64,000 nucleotides of DNA from Chrysomallon squamiferum (taxonomy: Eukaryota > Animalia > Mollusca). The stretch's first letter is position 1. Every line of letters starts with the position of its first letter. The position numbers were made by a program, and so were the translations under genes. The notes below the pieces were generated by a model, which was not told the origin of the DNA, did no database searches, and worked only from the letters and a program-made list of their open reading frames with translations. The stretch covers positions 8,308,001-8,372,000 of the forward strand of contig CM022668.1 in assembly GCA_012295275.1 (NCBI GenBank), given 5' to 3'. Shown piece after piece: positions 58,910 through 64,000 of this stretch.

Positions 58910-59213
58910 AATAATAATAATAAAAAAAAAAATAAAGATTTATTTTAATACTGAAGGGAGTATATTAAATACGTCATGTTATAGATTATAAAATGTTTAA
59001 AGTACAGTGTTACATATTAAAGTATTATCATATTAAAGTATCTGATAACTTGTTAAATCGGTGGACTACTAATAAAAAAAATTATATACTGTTAATTCAA
59101 TAAACCATGAGTTATTTCCCCTGCTTCGGTTACTGATTGATAAATTAGAGCATTTAGAGAAAAATTAATGAACAAAATAGACCCACTTACCTATTATTTA
59201 TGCAGTAAATCAT
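53238..59213 (-). CDS. Golgi carbohydrate 6-O-sulfotransferase-like, Sulfotransfer_1 (CHST1-7 / GlcNAc6ST family), ~377 aa if one -1 frameshift is corrected
   Basis: Exons 59213-59191 (MIYCINNR), 57118-57039 (TM anchor LLFLVLLSLPVLIFV), 56909-56844, 56113-55942 (5'-PSB VLIVAYFRSGSTF, FYKFEP) and 54029-53238 (IKIIRL, LIYLVRDPRGILHSR, IRYETLAMNP) are all phase-consistent. The family-typical end (KW...IDKFCRNVYNKLGY) is in the -1 frame after 53435. Exons 1 and 3 are less certain. Confidence 0.8.
54839..55550. mobile_element. Non-autonomous Tc1/mariner-superfamily (Tigger/pogo-like) DNA transposon, 712 bp
   Basis: 22-bp imperfect TIRs, CAGTGGTACCTCGAGTTACGAG ... CTCGTAAGTCAAGGAACCACTG (3 mismatches), with TA on both sides (54837-38, 55551-52). 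Subterminal GAGTTACGAG-like repeats are present and there is no transposase. It sits in the last intron of the sulfotransferase. Confidence 0.88.
56142..56690. repeat. (ACT/TAC)n degenerate trinucleotide tract
   Basis: Visible run in a sulfotransferase intron. Confidence 0.9.
58000..58520. repeat. Old degenerate minisatellite (CCAGTTTTAACA..CACATTAAC units)
   Basis: Recurrent AAATCCAGT / AGTTTTAAC / CACATTAAC motifs at roughly 35-55 bp spacing. Confidence 0.55.
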
Positions 59214-59559
59214 GAAAAGATATATATAAAACTACATGTATAAAACTACTAACAACGAGAACATCTTAAAAGATTACTCACATGCATCACCTGTAAACAT
59301 TCGACTCTATCAAACCTCTAATTCACGTTAGCCAACTACTGAACAAAAGCATCGATTGTAACACACAGAAATGAGTTCTTTCATCGCCGTGAACTCTGGT
59401 TCATATTTTATGTTTACGTCTTTATGCAGCCATTTTGAAATATTAGGCTTCGTTACGATTATTCACTCCAAGCTGTGGTCATATGTCGCGAATAACATCG
59501 ATAAGTCAATATCCTCTCATCTGTTCCCGACTCAGCCAGGCTAGAGTAGGTGATGGAAG

Positions 59560-59985
<426 letters not shown>

Positions 59986-62409
59986 AGTTTAGGAATTTGA
60001 ATAGTCTCTCTCTTATGTACGTCTGAATAGACTCTGCAAATAGACAATATTCGGGAACGCACTGGCGCAGGAGGACAAAGTCCAATCACGACCTCACAAA
60101 CCCGTCAGATGCCGCTGACGAGACTTGAACACACATTCTTATATATATGTGAATGTGTGTGTATATGTATGTATATATGTGTGTTTGTATGTATGTATGT
60201 ATGTATGTATGTATATATATTTGCATTTGTTGTGTCTGTATGTACATATGGAAGTATAATAAGCATATATATATATATATATATATATATACACGCAGAC
60301 ACACACACACGCACACACGCACACTCATTGCTTCAGGAGATGTGTAAATATTTTGGTTTTGGATAATGTCTTTGTTGATATTTTTCTTTGAAGTAACTTA
60401 CGTAAAATTTATTGATCTAATCAGCAGTTGCTTAGCAATGTTTAGACATCCACAGATTGCCCTTAACATATTTATAATAATTGACGTATATATTGACCTA
60501 CAGTTAGTACACACACCAAAGGAGTATTTAATACTGTATCTGGAATAGAAAATTAAGTCAGCAGTCGCATTACATGTGTGATATTACATGTGTCAGTGAA
60601 AAAGAAAGAAACGGAAAGACGAAAAACAATAAAAAAATAAAAAAATAAAACAATAATAAAAAAATAAAACAGTTCATTTACCCGTCATGGTGAATCGATC
60701 GTGAGACCTCTGGCGAATTACGTCGCAGTTTGGGAACGTGACAGATGTTGAAAAGAGTATTTAATTAAGAATATAACTACAGGAAGACAAAATAATAAAA
60801 ACAAACCCTTCACATACTAATTGACAAAGACCACTGTTTTCATATTAACATAATAATAGTTACTGGTACCGACTCTGTAGAGAGTTGCTCTTTCGCAAAA
60901 GGATATGATTGTGTAGACAGACAGAAGACTGAAGGAGAGTAACATAAATACACACTGTCACACACGCACATACACGCACATAGAGGCACATACTTATAAA
61001 CGTAAGATGCACACGTACATATACGCTCATACAGAAGCATTATACACTCATACACAAACACGTACGCACAAACTCTGATGTACAGTATGCACACAGACAA
61101 ACACGCGGATACACACACAATTTTGTAACTCAGATTGTAATTTTATCTTATTATGCTGCATATAAACACGTATTGTTCTTGCAGCTTACTGACTGGCTGT
61201 TCAGCAGTTTGATTAAATATAAATGAATAACGTGAATTGTTTATCTCTAGTTCCCTCGTCTTGTGCTCTGTTCGTTCTGCTGACCACTCGTTGTTCCGCC
61301 ACACGTAAGTAAGTAAATTATTGCTTTATTCTGTAAATTAATTTCATTTTAACTGTTATACATTGCAGTTTTAGTGCAGGTGCTTTTATCATTAGAACTT
61401 CTATAATTTACCTGATTGTTGTTTGTACGATAGCCCCATTGAAAGTGTTTTAATTTATTTATTATTTTCAATTTGCTAATGTGTTTGTTTGTATGTATGT
61501 ATGTATGTATGTATGTATGTATCATATAGAGACAACTAACTGGTAAAACGAGCAGTAGTTTTATACGAAAACTGTAAAGATTTATGTTATAAGTCGTCCA
61601 TGATGTTTTAGTAATAATAAAAAAATAATAATAAAAAAAATAATAATAAAAAAAATAATAAAAAAAAAATTAAAATTGTCACAATACTTATTATTATTTT
61701 ATATACATATTTTAATTTAATTTTATTTTATTTAATTTAATTTTTTGTTTGTTTATATTTTGGGGAAGCGTCCTGTCTTCACTGATAACAAAATAAAAGA
61801 GTAAAATAATATTTCCACTAAATATTTTATCACCGCCGTTTTACTAGTTGAATCGTGTCTTCATTGTTTGCTCAGATATTTGTATCGTTTCACTGCTCAA
61901 CGGTTGTTATACTTCGTTTAAATAAAATGACCCCAAAATAATATAAATATAAAATAACAATAAAATTGCTGAAAAACAACAACGAAAACACACACACATA
62001 TACACACTGATTAAAACCAATAAGCAAGACAACAACAATAGCCAAACGAAGAAAGAAAAAGAAATAAAAGCAACCAAGACAAAATGAACAATAACAAAAC
62101 AGAAGAAGAAGCAGAAAAAAAATAAAAATTAATAATAATAGCGGTAGAGTGCAGAGCTAAGCGGAAAAACAAACAGTAAATTACAATTATTTATTTAGAA
62201 AACTCGTAACTTTTCGAAATTCTCTTTTTTTTTTTGTCTTTATTTATTTGTTTATTTGTTGGTTTGTTTGTTTTTAAATTTGGTAGTTTGTAAACTTGTA
62301 TATTTATTATTTTTTTCTCTTTGTTTCTTTCATTATTTCGTTCTTTTTCCTTAATTTCGTCTCATTTTAAAATTTTTTTGTTTAAATGACTATTCAGAAA
62401 GTGGCTGTT

Positions 62410-62446
<37 letters not shown>

Positions 62447-63287
62447 AAACAACATAAATGAAAACAAAAAATAAACCAAAAACCAAACCGGGATACTTAT
62501 AAAAATGAGTCATCATTTGACTGTTATAAAGTGAAGTCTTTAATAAATAATATTAGTAGAAGTAATAACAAGTAACATCACTAATAATAATAATGAGAAT
62601 AAGAACAACAACAACAGTTATAAATAATAATCTTTAATAAATAATATAGTAAAAATAACAAGTAAAATTACATAATAATAGCAATGTTAGAGAAGCATTG
62701 TAAACAACAAATATTCATGTGAAACTTAATACATTTAAAACTGCATGATTTAAAAAAATATTCTTTATTAATTAGTAACAACCAGGTACAAAATCAAATA
62801 CCAATCCTTGGAAAAACATTAAAAATGAAATTCTATAAACTTTTTCTCAGTTTTGCAAACACACACAAAACTTGAATTATTCTGCAGTTTTATTATATGT
62901 ATACCTGCATACGTTAATATGCACACGCTCATACATACATACAATATTGGTTGTACAGGAAAACATATAACATATACTTATGACTTCTTAACAAACCCAG
63001 TTCGTGAAAGTATTTCGTGACAACGACTCGTAGAAAATATGAATAATAAATGACGTGAATATTATATTAGCTAACAATGAAACAATCAATCATTTGAAAC
63101 GTGTCTTCATCCACTGAAGACTTGGCTTGCTGCTAAGATTGTGTTAATATTAATGAATTAATTAAGATGAAGGAAGATTGCGGTGGACTTATTCTTTCTG
63201 AACTGGATCCAGTTTATATATGCTGATCGATGTAAATTTCCAAGTTATAATTTTATTTTTTGTACGACCTGATGTCAAAAACAGCAG

Positions 63288-63288
63288 C

Positions 63289-63330
<42 letters not shown>

Positions 63331-63423
63331 AATAATAATAATAATGCTGAATAATAATAATAATAATTTTCATAATAATGCTGATTATTAATAATAATAA
63401 TAATGACAACAAAAGAACAGCAT

Positions 63424-63454
<31 letters not shown>

Positions 63455-63572
63455 AATAATAATAATAATGCTGAATAATAATAATAATAATTTTCATAAT
63501 AATGCTGATTATTAATAATAATAATAATGACAACAAAAGAACAGCATCAACAACAACAACAACAACAACAAT
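63288..63572. repeat. 124-bp tandem duplication of a (CAA)n/(AAT)n compound unit
   Basis: GCTGAATAAT at 63346 and 63470; CAGCATCAAC at 63418 and 63542. Confidence 0.9.
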
Positions 63573-63751
63573 CATATGTTTATGTTTTTATAAAGGTATG
63601 TTTACGTAACGCTGAATCTGTAGCGGACTGTGTTACCTGACATATTCATGTATAAAAAAAGTCTTAGTTCCGCCCTGTGCAAACAGTGCTTTTTGTTGAC
63701 TTTACCTTATTTTGATCAGCATGAAGATGACACTACTCAAATCTTGAATAG

Positions 63752-63829
<78 letters not shown>

Positions 63830-64000
63830 AAAAAAGAGAAACAGAGAAACAGAGAGAGAGAGAGAGGCGTGATACAGAGTAAGAGAGAGAAAGACAACAT
63901 TATTATAAAGGAATCGCTGCATGAAACACGGTTCACTTATTGTTTTCATATCAGTCAAGCGTAATAAAATATTTACAAGACACTACTATATATTAATTAG

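Noticed and set aside
60687-60740. tRNA gene (minus strand GAGGTCTCACGATCGATTCACCA)
   Set aside because: Only a degenerate T-arm-like stretch. I cannot build a cloverleaf, so it is at most a SINE remnant.

Overview
Eukaryotic, AT-rich, microsatellite-dense animal DNA with GT-AG introns. The gene content and repeat style suggest a mollusc, possibly a cephalopod (inference only). I reconstructed spliced gene models by hand. (1) A 14-exon DH-PH RhoGEF (+, 1058-28278, ~1248 aa) with a long disordered N-terminus, a C4 Zn-knuckle before the DH domain and a PKI-like RRNAM tail. (2) An intact two-coding-exon HNK-1ST/CHST8-14-family sulfotransferase (+, 36305-37857), with a disrupted paralog (-, 41601-43195), a third fragment (-, ~40095-40372) and duplicated or inverted 5' flanks. 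(3) A three-exon AA15 lytic polysaccharide monooxygenase (-, 45935-49008). (4) A five-coding-exon CHST1-7-like 6-O-sulfotransferase (-, 53238-59213) whose C-terminus lies in the -1 frame after G_GGA_AAA. Other elements include a decayed L1/Tx1-type RT, a Tigger/pogo-like MITE, several minisatellites and a 68-bp perfect palindrome. Most short ORFs in the track are microsatellite artefacts. Best leads: a possible PKA-pseudosubstrate RhoGEF with intronic RFX X-boxes, CRE sites and a candidate internal first exon; an LPMO-plus-sulfotransferase glycan-modification cluster; and the -1 frameshift.
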